From positions 310,001 to 374,000 of the forward strand of contig JBODTK010000137.1 in the NCBI GenBank assembly GCA_050613775.1: a stretch of 64,000 bases of DNA, written 5' to 3'. The notes beneath the pieces are model-generated. The model worked only from the letters and a program-made list of their open reading frames with translations. It had not been told where the DNA came from and made no database searches. The position numbers and the translations under genes are program-made. Source of the stretch: Neocallimastix sp. 'constans'. Its lineage: Eukaryota. This document shows, in pieces, positions 28,818 to 43,083 of the stretch; the first letter of the stretch is position 1, and each line of letters starts with the position of its first letter.

Positions 28818-29726
28818 TAGAAATAAATTAATTGAAATAGAAATTAATTGTTGAAATTTCAAAAAATTTCAATACATAATTTTGCAATCATAATTATAAT
28901 TATTATAATAATATTAATAATTAGTTTTTATATATTGTTAATCAACTAAGATAACTATTATGATATAAATATTTTTAATACTTTTTTTTTTTTTTTATTA
29001 ATTTATTTCTATTATAAAATTATCAAAAAATTTTACATTTAAATATTTCTAATATTCATATTTATTCATATTTATTCATATTAAAAAAAAAAAAAAAAAA
29101 AAAAGATTGGTGCCTGTAGACATGGTGAACGTTGTTCAAGAAAGCATGTAAAACCAACTTATTCACCAACTGTTTTATTACCTAATATATATAAAAATCC
29201 AGCTCATGATCCTCAATGTAAAATGACCGAGGAAGAACTTCAAAAACATTTTGATTTATTTTATGAAGATTTCTTTATTGAAGTTGCAAAATATGGTGAA
29301 GTTGAAAAAATGAAAGTTTGTGATAATGTAGGAGATCACTTAGTAGGCAATGTATATATTCGTTATAGATATGAAGAAGATGCTCTAAAAGCGGTTGAAG
29401 ATTTAAATAATAGATTTTATGCTGGTAATATATATATATATTCTATCTATTTAATAATTTTTTTTATTTTTTATTTTTTACAATTATTTTTTACAATTAT
29501 TTTTTACAATTATTTTATATTATTAAAATTAATATTAGTACAATTCTATTATACATAAATATTTATTTTTAAATTATAAATTAAAAATTATTAAATATTA
29601 TATATAATGTAAATGATAATATCAAAAGGACGACCACTTTATGCTGAATTATCACCAGTAACAGATTTCAGAGAAGGTATTTATATATATATTTTAATTT
29701 TTTAAAAAATAGATACAAAAGATAAC

Positions 29727-29781
<55 letters not shown>

Positions 29782-29870
29782 AATATATTTCATTGTTAAT
29801 ACTTAAACTGTTATTTTTTATAAAATTTTTCATAAAAATAAAATAAAATAATATAATATAATAATTATAA

Positions 29871-29901
<31 letters not shown>

Positions 29902-30096
29902 CAAAAAATCAAAGCTTGTTGTCGTCAAAATGAAAAAGGTGAATGTCAAAGAGGTGGTTTCTGTAACTTCATGCATATTAAAAAGGCTTCAAGAAGGCTT
30001 TTAGATGATTTATACGAATCACAAAGAAAATCTATAAGAATGTTACGTCACTCACATTCTCATTCAAAAGACTATGATGATAGAGATAGAAAATAA
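28053..30096 (+). CDS. U2AF1: U2 auxiliary factor small subunit (U2AF35/U2AF23), 4 exons
   Basis: [37 protein letters not shown], a UHM ([14 protein letters not shown]), [20 protein letters not shown] and [11 protein letters not shown]. Exons are approximately 28053-28121, 29106-29424, 29629-29675 and 29915-30096. Confidence 0.97.
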
Positions 30097-30323
30097 TCAT
30101 TTTTCAATAAAAATAAAATAAAAATAAAAATAAAAAAGAATAAAGAATACAATTAATCAAGTTAATATAACATTTATTTAATATAAAAATATAATAAATA
30201 TCATATCATATCATATAATAAAAATAAAATATTAAAAATAAAATTTATCATATTAAAAATGACAAAACGTATTTATTTAATATAGATATATCTTATTTAA
30301 TTTAATTTTATACTTTTGTATTA

Positions 30324-30362
<39 letters not shown>

Positions 30363-30656
30363 TTTTTAATTATTTTCTTTTATTAACAACTATTAGTAAC
30401 ACCTAGAGAGAGTTATATAAATAAATTTAAATTTATAATGAATGGATAAAATAAATAAATAATTAATCTCGTTTAATAAAAATTTTATTTTTATTTTTAT
30501 TTTATATTGGATTATATATGTATGTTTAATTGTTTAATGTATGTTAAAACTAATTGAATATTTATTTAGTTATTTTTATTTATTTATTTATTTATTTTAT
30601 ATATTTATTTATATATTTATTTATATATTTATTTATATATTTATTTATATATATAT

Positions 30657-30711
<55 letters not shown>

Positions 30712-31077
30712 TTTCCATATTAATATCTTTTATCAACTTAAAATATTTTTACATTACACAAGAAATTTCTTTAATAATTACCATCAAATGTTATAAATAT
30801 TAAATATTTAATTTTTAATTTTTTTTTTTCTATAGATGACGGAGCTTAAATTATATAAACAATAATAATAATAATTTTTTTTTTTTTTTATTAAAATATA
30901 TAATTTTTTATATAATGAAGATTTATAATAGATTTAAAATACTTATCTCTATTTACATATATATATTATATGTTAATTATTTTATAATTCTCTATTTTTC
31001 ACATTAATATTTTTTTTAAAAAAAAAAAAATTATAAAAAAAATTTATAAAAAAAAAAAAATTAGTTCAAATACTATA

Positions 31078-31165
31078 ATGCAGAATAACACTCCATATTA
31101 TGTTATGGATGATGTATTGGATCGATTAAAACTTTTAAAATACCAACCCAATTTTTGTAAACCAA

Positions 31166-31223
<58 letters not shown>

Positions 31224-34116
31224 AAAAAAAAAGTAAAAAATAAAAATAAAAATTGATTTTATAAATAGTATAATAGATAAAAAATTATAAAACAAATAAT
31301 AATATAAATTTCTTAATTAATAGTAATATTTTATTTACATCATCATGATTATTATTGTACCTATTATTTATTTATTTATTTATTTATTTTTCTGATTATT
31401 ACTGTTGCCATTATCATTTAAAAATTGAATTTTACAAATATTATTTCAAAATATATTTATTTTATAAAATATATTGATATTCACTTTTAATGATGTATTA
31501 TATATGCAAATATATAATATGCCTTTTTTTTTTTCAGGAATTTAAAACCTTTAACGCCATATTACTTCACACAACAAAATACAAATCCAAATGAACAATT
31601 TTATTATTTTACCTCCTTATTTACATGGTTATTAAAATTAATGAATATTAAATTTGAAAGACCTGGACAATTTGATGATCCAAATGCTGTTTCAACAAAT
31701 ATTTGTAAAAATAATGATATAACGATTTAAATATATATTACCTTTTGAATTTATTGTTATTACTTTTATTGTAGTTGTTATTGTTTTTATTATTAATTAT
31801 TATTATATATGTATATATATAGTTATTAAAAATTATATATATATATATTTTTTTTATTATATTATATATAAATGTGTATATATAATTCATTTCAATAGTA
31901 AATGCAATAAAAGAAACTAATATTCCATTTGATTATGGGCCAAATAAGATTAAACAAGGATACGGAGATGCAATTATTTATTTATTAGTAACATTAGCGG
32001 ATAAAGCATTAGAAGCTAAAAAATTTGTATACCAAAAACCTGTTCATCTTTCAAATGAGTAAAATATCATTAAATAATATATGTATATTTATATATATAT
32101 ATATATAAATATTCCATATTTTCTATTAGTTTAATGATATATTATTTATATCATTAAAAATTATATACAAAAAAAATTTTTTTTTTTTTTTTGATATTTT
32201 TATCTCATTAAATATATACTAAAATATACATTATAAATATATATATATATTTATATATGTATCAATTCATTAAAAATAACTAAATGTACACACATAAATA
32301 TTTATATATAAACTAGTAATCTAGAAGAAGCAGAAGTGGATGAAGACGCAGAGGTCACAACTGATTCAATAGAAGAAGTTATATCCGATGAGGTTGAAAA
32401 TGAAGATGAAATGTTTATAGATAATTTACCATTTAATAATCAATCTCAAGTTCCCGAAGAAGAACCTATAAAGTAAATAACAAAAAAAAAAAAAAAAAAA
32501 ACATATATATATATTTACATATACTTTTTAATTTAATTTACATAATTCAAAAATATGGTTATTAAAAAAAAAAAAATCATTATAACTAATTTATTGTATT
32601 GATATATAATATTTAATTAATAAATATGATACTTATCATAATTAAAATATTAATATATAAACATAATATATTTCTTCTTTATTCTAATTTATTTAATAAT
32701 AGACCTGCCGTATCAACAAACCCAACAGTGGATCCAACACAATGGAAATTAGAAGTTGAAAAAGCTGCACCTTTACTTAAAATACATATTACAAATGACA
32801 ATAAAGATTGGAGAGTTCACTTAGATCAAATTAATATTCACAATAATGTAAGCAATTTTTTTTTCACTTTTTTGTCTAATCCATTGTATTATTTTTATTA
32901 TTATTTTAAATATTATTAATATATAATTTTCAAATTAATAAATATATATATGTATAATATTATAAATGTATTTTTAAATATAAAAAATAAAAATAAAAAT
33001 GAATTTTGAACTTATTCATGTCCATATAGAAAATTACTTCTTCATTAGTAGATACGAAATCAAAATTAGAAAGATTACATAAAGAAATTGAAAAAACTTT
33101 AGAAAAAATATCAAGTAGAGAAGCTTATATAAATACACAATTTGAATCACAAGTAAATATATATATATATATATATTATATAAAATACCTTACTAAAATA
33201 AGAATAATAAGACGATAATTAATAAATCTGATATATATTTAAATTATACATATTATTTAATATACACTTTAATTTATACATAAGATTGAAGAAAACAGAG
33301 AAATTCAAGACCAATTATCTATATTAAAGCAAAAATATATGAATTCATCGGCTAATGTTAATGATTTAACTAATCAATTATCACAAATATCAGAGGATTT
33401 AGATAATGTTAAAGTAAATTCAATTCTATTTAAATAATTTGATAAATATTAAAAAAAGAAAATTTTTTTTAATATTATAAAAAAATTTTTACAAATATTT
33501 AAAAATTAATATTTATAATTTTTATGAATATGAATTTTGTATATACTTTATTTAATTAACATTTAATAATAATAATGATGATGATAATGATAATAATAAA
33601 GTTAATGATTGACGAATTTGGTAATGGTATGACCGATTCCAAACCATTGGCAGAAATAAAACAATCAAATTCACGTTTAAAGGTAAAATATATATATATA
33701 ATAATTAAAATAAATAAATAAATAAATATATATATAATAAAAAAAGAAAAAAAAAAAAAATTAAAAAATAAGATAAAATAAAATAAAATAAAATAATAAT
33801 AAATATAAAAAAAAAAAAATCTAAAAATAATAATTTAATGATTTTTTCTTTACTTACTTTCTATAAAAAATTTTAATTTAATTCTTTTTATTTTTTATAT
33901 TTATTTTTTAATTTTAATTTTTAATTTTTAATTTTTATTATTATTTTTATTATTATTACTATGATTTAGAATGAAATAAAGCAAATGAATCTTAGAATTG
34001 GTGTGATTGAGCATACTTTATTATCAGCCAAGATGAAAACTAAGGCCTTATCCGATTTTAATAGTTATGGCAATAATGAATCCTTAAAAAATCAAATGAC
34101 TTATGATATTATATAA
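31078..34116 (+). CDS. IFT57: Intraflagellar transport protein 57 (9 exons)
   Basis: LDRLKLLKY, NPNEQFYYFTSLFTWL, PGQFDDPNA, KIKQGYG, WKLEVEKAAPLLK..DNKDWRVHL, TLEKISSREAYINTQF, MTDSKPL, MNLRIGVIEH. All junctions are GT-AG and in phase. Confidence 0.93.
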
Positions 34117-34879
34117 ATATAATACGTATAAATTTTATCATTGTATTTATTAGTTGATCTCTTTTTTTTTCAATATTATTATAATTTTCATCAATTTAAG
34201 TAAATAAACAAAATAAACAAATAGATAAACATAAATATAAATAAATAAAAATAATTCTCTTATTTATCTTTGTTGAAAATAAACTTTTCAAAAAAATTAT
34301 TTAAATAATCAACTTCATATATAATACATTTAAAAAAAAAATAAATTAAATTAAAAAATAAAACATAAAATAAATATATATATATATCAATTTTTAATAG
34401 TGACACATTTAATAATATTAAAAAAAAAGTTTTTTAAATTAATATTAATATTAAATTATATTAAACAATAACTATATAATATTTAAAAAAAAAAATAAAA
34501 AAAAAAAAAATAAATAAAAATATAAAATAATAATTAATAATAAAAAAAAATAAAATAAAAAATTAATAAAAAAAATTATATATTTATTTGATGCTTTTTT
34601 ATTTTTTTATTACTTATTATTATAATAATAATATTATTATATTTGTTTTAATTATTAATATTTTCTAATTAATATTATTTTTTTTTTATCATATAATGAT
34701 TAAAATGATTATTACGGTAATATTAAAAAAAAAAAAAAAAAAATTAATTTTTTTTTGTTATACATTGAATTATTTATTTATTTTATATTTTTTTTTATTT
34801 AATTATATGCAAGTTTTTAAAAATTATAAAAAAAAATTATTATTATTAATATTATCTTTAATTTTATTGATTAATTCTG

Positions 34880-34911
<32 letters not shown>

Positions 34912-35087
34912 TTTTGTTCAATTATTTTTATTTTGCTTATTTTTTGTCTTTTTTTTTTTTTTTTATTTTTTTTTATTTTTATTTTTATTTATTTTTTTTT
35001 TTTTTTCATTTTTGTAAATAAAATATATTATTACTATTTTTGATAATATATATTATTAATAATATTTAATATTTATTACCAATTGTA

Positions 35088-37993
35088 TTATTTAACTTTA
35101 GTTAAACTATAACGACTAGGATCAAATGAATTAGATAACATAGACTCTCTTCTGCCTGGAACATTCTTTACATCCACATCCTTATCCCATCCAATTTTTC
35201 CAGAAATTTCTTGAATTGGTTTAAGACATAACATTGGACAAGCACCTTGTTCACCAGTAGTCTTATTTATGGCCCAACACCATCCATCATCATATTCATA
35301 TAAGACATCTATGTCATTTTCAAGATCTAAACGTAATTCATCATCAATTTGTGGTTCATAGGCATGAATACAACGGAATGGTCTAGGTTCTGGCATTTCT
35401 GAATATTCTTCTTGATCGTCTTCATCAGCTTGTGATTGATTAGCATCAGTGGTTTTACCATCTGTATTAGTAATCATTATAGATGGAGCTAAAAGATTGC
35501 CAGCATTTAATGCTTTATTAGAATCTGGTGTTTTAAGATCAATCATATTAACTACTGCTTTCTTTGGTCCTACGGTATCATCTTCCTTATCAAGATCATT
35601 ATTAATACTTGATTCTTGTGGGGTTTGAATTTCAGTTAAAGTAACCATCGATGGCTTCAATATATCATCACCAATATTTATATCTTTTTCAGATGGTATA
35701 GTATTGGTTGGAACTGGAGTTTCAATATTTGTTAGTCTAACCATTGATGGTTTTAATATATCATCATCATTATCATTAACCTTAGCGCCATCATCACTAT
35801 TGGTATTACCTTGTTGTGGAGTTTCAATTGAAGTCATCTTTACAACTGAAGGGACTGGCATATCATCAGCTGGGAAGTTCTTACTAAGTTCTTGCATATT
35901 CTTATTAAGTTTAGTCTCAGAACTTTCTGGGATGACAGCATCAGGAGCATCGAATGGATTTTCAACTGGGGCTGCCACCATGGATGGATTTTGATAACTA
36001 ACATTATTTTGAAGATCATTAAAATTCTTATAGTCATTACTGAATTCACTTTCATTATAATCTGTATTATATGGGTGGACTGGATCAACTCTATGACTAT
36101 CAGCAAATGGATCATTATTTGAAGTAGAATTTTCAATAAATGGTGATTTTTCATTATAATTATTATTAATATCTATATTAGTATTAATGTTCTGAGTTTT
36201 ATTTACTTCTACTGTTTGAGTACCATAATTATTATTTTGGTTAATATCACCATCATTTCCACTTTCCAAATTTCTCATTTTTTCCTCCTTTTCATCTTTA
36301 GCACCTAAATAATAGAAGAAAGCTAAAATACCAATAACTGCTACAAAAATACCAATCAAAATATAGAAAGTTATACTTGAAAAGAATCCGCCTTTCTTTT
36401 CTTTTTTCTCTGATGAATTTTTAGTTTCATTTTTAGTTTCATTTTTAGATTCAGCCGCTTGAGTTGTAGGAGTTATACTTTTCGAAGTTGTAACTGGAAG
36501 ACTTTTTGTTGGACTAGCAATATTAGCTGCGCCCCCAGTACAGCATTTATCTGATGGATGAGAACCACAATAAGCTGTTTTACCTGTTTGATTCTCCATA
36601 CCTTTTGTTGAATTCATTTTTCGATTGAATTTTAAATGTTGTTTTTTTCCATTAAAAAAAATACACATTTTAATGTGATTGTTTTTTATAAAATTTTATA
36701 TATATATTTAAATATTCATTTAATTTATTCAATAAATTTTGATTTATTTTGTTTTTTATTTAAAATTTATGTATTTATTAATGTTAAACAATTCATTTTC
36801 CATTAAAAGCATTTTATATATATATGTAAATTTAGAATATTTAGTTTTTTTTTTATTTTTTTAAAATAATTATATAAATATATATATAATTGAAATATAT
36901 TAATATTTTATTTATTTATTTTAATGTATTATTATTTATTATTTACTATTTATTATTTATTATTTATTATTTATTATTTATTATTTATTATTTATTATTT
37001 TTTTATATTATTTAATATTTACTATTTAATATTTACTATTTATTATTTAATATTTATTATTTATATTTATTATTTATTATTTATTATTTATTATTTATTA
37101 TTTATTATTTATTATTTATTATTTATTATTTATTATTTATTATTTATTATTTATTATTTATTATTTATTCATTATTTATTTATTTTTTATTAATTATTTA
37201 TTATTTATTTATTATTTATTTATTATTTATTTATTATTTATTTATTATTTATTATTTATTTATTATTTATTTATTATTTATTTTTTTAATTATTTGTTAT
37301 TTAGTACTTTTATATAATTTATTTATTTAATTAAATATACATACCACAACTTGAAACTTCAACTTTATCAGAATCAATACAACTTGTCGTGATTGAACTG
37401 ATTTGATTACATTTCGTATCTATTTCAGTTTTAGTATTTTCATTAATACAACCTATTCCTGATATTGAATTAGATAAATCAGTGCAAATACGTCTACAAA
37501 GCTTTGTACTTTGACTACCACAACCTTGTTCCTCAATAACTAATGAACAAGCATATGACTTTAAATATCTAACATTGTTTGAAAATGCTGAATCATAAGT
37601 AGCACAAGTTGTGCCTATTGTGCCTTTTAATGAACTTTTTAATGTATTGTATCTTGTTTTAACTAAGCTATCAAATTCGGCTTGTTGTACACTTGCAAAG
37701 ATATTTGCAAAATCAGGACATTCAGTTGAACCAGTAATCTTTGAACAAGCATTATTTGCAGCGCCCAGTCCAGTTGTAGCACCATTTGTAGCACCAGTTG
37801 TTCCTCCGGGTGCAGCAACAGGTCCGGCTCTATTGGCACCTACACCTGTAGCAGCACCTGTATTAGCTCCATTTACACCACCCGGATTGGCTCCATTTAC
37901 ACCACCAACTCCGTTTCCGGCACCACCTACTTGTGAATTTACAACTGATAACGATGATATTACCAATAACAAAGCTTTAGATAATTTCAACAT
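35088..37993 (-). CDS. Type I membrane protein: signal peptide, Gly/Ala-rich linker, Cys-rich ectodomain, TM and C-terminal SH3 (2 exons)
   Basis: Exon 1 is 37993-37345 (MLKLSKALLLV.., CSKITGSTECPDF, LCRRIC). The intron is GTATGT..AAAAG. Exon 2 is 36601-35088, with TM ITFYILIGIFVAVIGILAFFYYL and SH3 FRCIHAYEPQIDDELRL..YDDGWCWA..GACPMLCL. Confidence 0.9.
36920..37285. repeat. Intronic (TTATTTA/TTATTAT)-type heptamer repeat
   Basis: Imperfect 7-mer array within the SH3-gene intron. Confidence 0.85.
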
Positions 37994-38546
37994 TTTGTTT
38001 TATTTTATTCTTTGATAATTACTTATTACGAATTTCTATAATAAATATATGTTTATTGGTTTTTATATCTATTTATTTTATATATATTTTATTTAATAGT
38101 ATATATTCATAAAAAGAAACAAAGGATAATAAAAGTCGAATAGATTATGTATATTGAAATTGAAAATATAAACAAATTCAAAATTTTTTTCTTTTATTTT
38201 TTATTTCTTTTATTATTTTATTTCTTTTATTATTTTATTTCTTTATTTTATTATTTATATCTAAAAAAAGTCTTATAAATAAAGAAAAAAAATAATCTTT
38301 CAGTTTTATTATCAAATATTTATTCAAGAAATTTTATTTACTCTATAAAATCTATACTTTTATAAAATATTATTTTATAAATATTTTATAATTGATAAAA
38401 AAAAAAAATGCGAAGAAAAAATTTTTTTAAATAAAAAAAAAAATTTTATAATTACACTAAAAAAAAAAAAATTCTAATTTATTATATATTATTTATTAAT
38501 AATTTTATTTATCAATTTTTTCTGTTAAGTATTAAATTAATAAATT

Positions 38547-38774
<228 letters not shown>

Positions 38775-40054
38775 GCTTTATTTCAAAACTCATTATTATA
38801 TAAATAAGCAATATTTAATAAATGAATTAATATATAATTTTAAATAAAAAAAAAATTTTTTTTTGTACATAGATTATTCTACATAGAACTATCATTACTT
38901 ATATATATTATATAATATATTGATGTATATTAAAGCAATATAAATATTGATAGAATACTATAATTAAAATAAAAAATAACAAAAAAAATATTATTAACAA
39001 AAAATTGCCTCGGTTTTTGAATTTCAGAAAATGTCAATTGTTACACAAATGAACTCATCTAATTTTCTAATTCTTTTTTTAAAATTTCTATTTTTAATTA
39101 ATATATTGTACTCATATATTGTAATATAGTACATTTATAAATTATTCCTCAGATGTAAACTCTCCCTCTTTTTATTTTATAATATATAAAGTTTATATAA
39201 GTAAAGAGAGGATAGATTAAATATAGTATTTATTCCTTATTAATAATTATGGATATGATTATGTATTAATACAGAATATATTCATCTATATTCATATAAT
39301 TATATAAAATTTATAAAAGTATAATATATATAATATATTAGTAAACAAACTAATAAAATAAAAAATTAATAGAAACAAATTAACTTTTTTTATTGTACAT
39401 AAAAATTATTGTTAATATAAATCCTTTTTAATTTATTTTTAATTATTTTTAATTTGTAATGCTCACATATAATTTTATACATTAAATAATATAATATTTA
39501 ATGTTTAAATATATCCAAATATATTATATCATATAATGATATAGAAATTTTTTTAAAAGTTTTCTTTTTTTTAAAAAAATAAATAGTAAAAAAAAAATAA
39601 TATATATTTATTTAACTATTAATATAAAATTTTTCTTTTAAACATTATTGTGGAAATTAAATTAATCTTGAATTAATTATTATTAATAAATAAATAAATA
39701 TATAATTAATTATTAAAAAAAAGAATTACTATTTATTAATCCCTTTTAATGTTAATGTCTATGCTAATAATTATTTATATAAAATTTTAATAATAAATAA
39801 TCAATAATATTTCAAAATATGAGGTATACTATAATAAAAAAAAATAAAATAAAAATAAAAATAAAAAAGTATTAATAAATATAATTTTTTGCAATATTTA
39901 ATAGAATGTAGTGTTATTTTGAATTATTTAATAAAAATTACAATCTTTTTTAATTATATACTATATAGATTTTTCCTTAAATCTTAATATATTTTTAATT
40001 CAAATATTAATTTTTTGAATAATGAATAAATTTATATATTAATTTATAAAATAT

Positions 40055-40270
40055 TTATTTAGTTAGTTAGTTATTTATCTAGTTATTTATTTAGTTATTT
40101 ATTTATTTATTTATCTAGTTATTTATTTATTTATTTATCTAGTTATTTATTTATTTATTTATCTAGTTATTTATTTATTTATTTATCTAGTTATTTATTT
40201 ATTTATTTATTTATTTATCTATTTATTTATTTATTTATTTATTTAGTTAGTTAGTTAGTTAGTTAGTTAT
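40055..40270. repeat. Mixed (TTTA)/(TTAG)/(TCTA) tetramer array
   Basis: Tetramer run with a higher-order TATCTAGT unit. Confidence 0.9.
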
Positions 40271-41111
40271 TCAACGATTTTAAATACTAACTCAAATTAA
40301 TATTATTTTCATATATAATGAATATTCTTGATATTATTTAATTAATAAATAACAATATCATAAATAATAAATATTTCAATAATGATAATATTGGATTTAT
40401 AATATTTAAAATCATTTTGAAAACATATATGTAATTAATTAATAGATTTGAAATTCAAATGTTTCATCGTCATTATAAAATAACAAAAAAATAGTAATAT
40501 AAGTAATAATTAATAAATCAAAGTTTTAAAATATTTTTAATATTTATTTTTAAACAAGGAATTTTAGTAAATAATATTAAAATTTTAATTAAACATTTTT
40601 CAATTTCTAATATAAATATTTATAAATTTTTTTAAACGTTTAATAATAATTAAAAAAAAATTTATATTTTTATAAATACTTAAAATTATAAATTTCATGA
40701 AATATTCAATATTTAAATATTTAAACTCTATAAAATATCAAAAAAAAATATAATAAAAAAAAAAATAAATTAAAAAATAATTATAATATTTATTCATTAA
40801 TAAAATTATTAATTTTTAATATTTTTTACTATTTATTAAACTTTATAGTAAAATTTATGCTTTCATTTTAAATATATTTTATTATAATCTTATTTACAAT
40901 GCTAATTCTATTTAAAACAAAAAGATTTAAAAAACTTAATCATATTTAAAACAAGAAGATATAAAAAAAAAAAAAAATAAAAATTCAATTTTAATGATAA
41001 TAAAAAAGAAAAGATATAAAAATATTATATATACAATTTTAGTGATACTGAAAACAAAATAAATTATTATCATTATATATATATTTGCTTAATTAATTAT
41101 TTTTTTTTAAA

Positions 41112-41560
41112 CTGGGAATAACGAAAAGGGGGAGCAATAAGACCGCCAATCTCTCCCTTAAACATATCAAACTCTCATTTGATTATTTTTTATACGGTTT
41201 CTTCGTGGATCTCTCTCTAAGTAAAACTAATATGAAGGACATTCCCTATACACTTTCTTTATAGGACGAACTTCATTTCATTGATCTCTTGAATTATCAT
41301 TAAATGAGGAACAACTACATTAATCCTCTCATAGATCAATTGCTCTCTATAATTGTAATTATATAGTCGAGCAACAGGAATACTTACAATGGCTCAAACA
41401 CCAACTTCATTTATATGGAAAACCATCCTGAGAGGATGAAAATCATTCCATATAAATTCAGGAGGTAGTCGATTCAGAAACCTTATGTATGTTAAGTGTA
41501 GGTAGAACCCGAATGGTTCAGTTCATTGTTATAGAAACATTAAGTCCTTCGAGTCATGAA
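41112..41560 (+). ncRNA. Candidate unclassified structured RNA (or TE/viral relic)
   Basis: GC-richer island with no credible ORF and at least 7 stem-loops plus a long-range helix; see findings. Confidence 0.3.
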
Positions 41561-41775
41561 TTTAATTACTTAAGAATCATATTTAAATCTTTTATAATTT
41601 ATGTTTGATACGTTAATGAATTTATGACTTTTATTTTTATTCATCTATTATGAAACATTGATATTATTTATCAATCTAATAATGATAAATCACAAGAAAT
41701 AATATACCAATTCATAAATAATAATTAAATATTTTAATATTAAATTATTTAATATTTTATTATAATTATAACCAT

Positions 41776-41817
<42 letters not shown>

Positions 41818-42409
41818 TATTTTTTCATTATTTTTTCATTATTTTTTTTTATTAACAACTAAATATGTTTTCCTAAACTATAAATACTATAAATAGAAAA
41901 AAAAAAAATTTTTTTTCTTATAATTATATTAATATATTAAAATTAAATCATATTACTTATTAATAATTTTTAATTAACCAATTACACGAATTTTATTGAA
42001 CATTATTTTTGGTAAATATAAAAATTTGACATTAATTAGTAAGGCATTAAAACATAATGATAAGTGATAAAATGTTAACATTATAATGCATATATAATGT
42101 ATAAAATTTATTTAATAATATTTTGAAGGGAAAGGGGAACTTTTTAGAAGTAAAATTGATTATGACTAAAATCATTATTAATACTCTATTATTATAAAGA
42201 TAGTCATATCATTATATATTAATTAATATTAATATTAAATTTAAATTTCAAATATATATATAATATCATTTTGACTTATATTTTTTTTAAAATAAAAAAA
42301 AAAAAAAAAAAATTAAAATAAAAAATATTTATATTATATATATTATATAGTAAATTTCTATACAAAATAAATTTTCAATATCAGTACATAAAAATATATT
42401 TAATACAAA

Positions 42410-43083
42410 ATGGCAAAAATTAAAAATTTATTATTTTTCTTGGTAATCATTATAAATATAGTATGTATTTATGGTTTAAACAACCTTGCAATAAATAATA
42501 GGATAAAATATGAAAATTGTAAATTAACATCATCATTAGAAAATACTCCTAAAACAGAAAGTATTTTATTTTTTTATTTTTAAATAAATAAAAATAAAAA
42601 TAAAAATAAAATAATAATTAATGAATAATTATCAAAAAATATTCTAATATAAATATATATATATATATATTTTACTATAATAGATCATAAACATGATATT
42701 AGAAATTCTCTAATTAATAAATTTGATAATTATAGTAATAAACAAGATTCAATATATAAAAACAAAGCCTATTATATCATGACACATTCTTATGGCTCAT
42801 TTAAATGGTTTAATAATATCTTAAGAAGTATAAAGATTTTATTTTTAATAAATTCATTATTTATATATTGAATTATAATTAATAATAATTAAAATATATT
42901 AATTATGATTAACTTTATTATATAGATAATAAGAATGTTAAGGTCTATCCTAAAATAAATCAAATAATACCAACAACAAATTATATAAAACTCATCGAAT
43001 TAAAGTTAAAAAATAATATGACATTATGGAAAAATATAGTTATAGGCATCTTATTATTTATAATATATCATTTAAATGCATGA
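42410..43083 (+). CDS. Orphan 150-aa protein with signal peptide and C-terminal hydrophobic segment (3 exons)
   Basis: Exons 42410-42560, 42684-42827 and 42926-43083 join via GT-AG introns (both phase 1) into an uninterrupted ORF, MAKIKNLLFFLVIIINIVCIYG...LWKNIVIGILLFIIYHLNA*. Confidence 0.65.

Noticed and set aside
22221..34116. DNAL1 and IFT57 as a ciliary gene cluster
   Set aside because: Only two genes, separated by unrelated SPO7 and U2AF1; chance proximity is sufficient.
41380..41395. ATACTTAC as a U1 snRNA 5' end
   Set aside because: It continues AATGG rather than CTG, and no U1 stem-loop I/II or Sm site follows.
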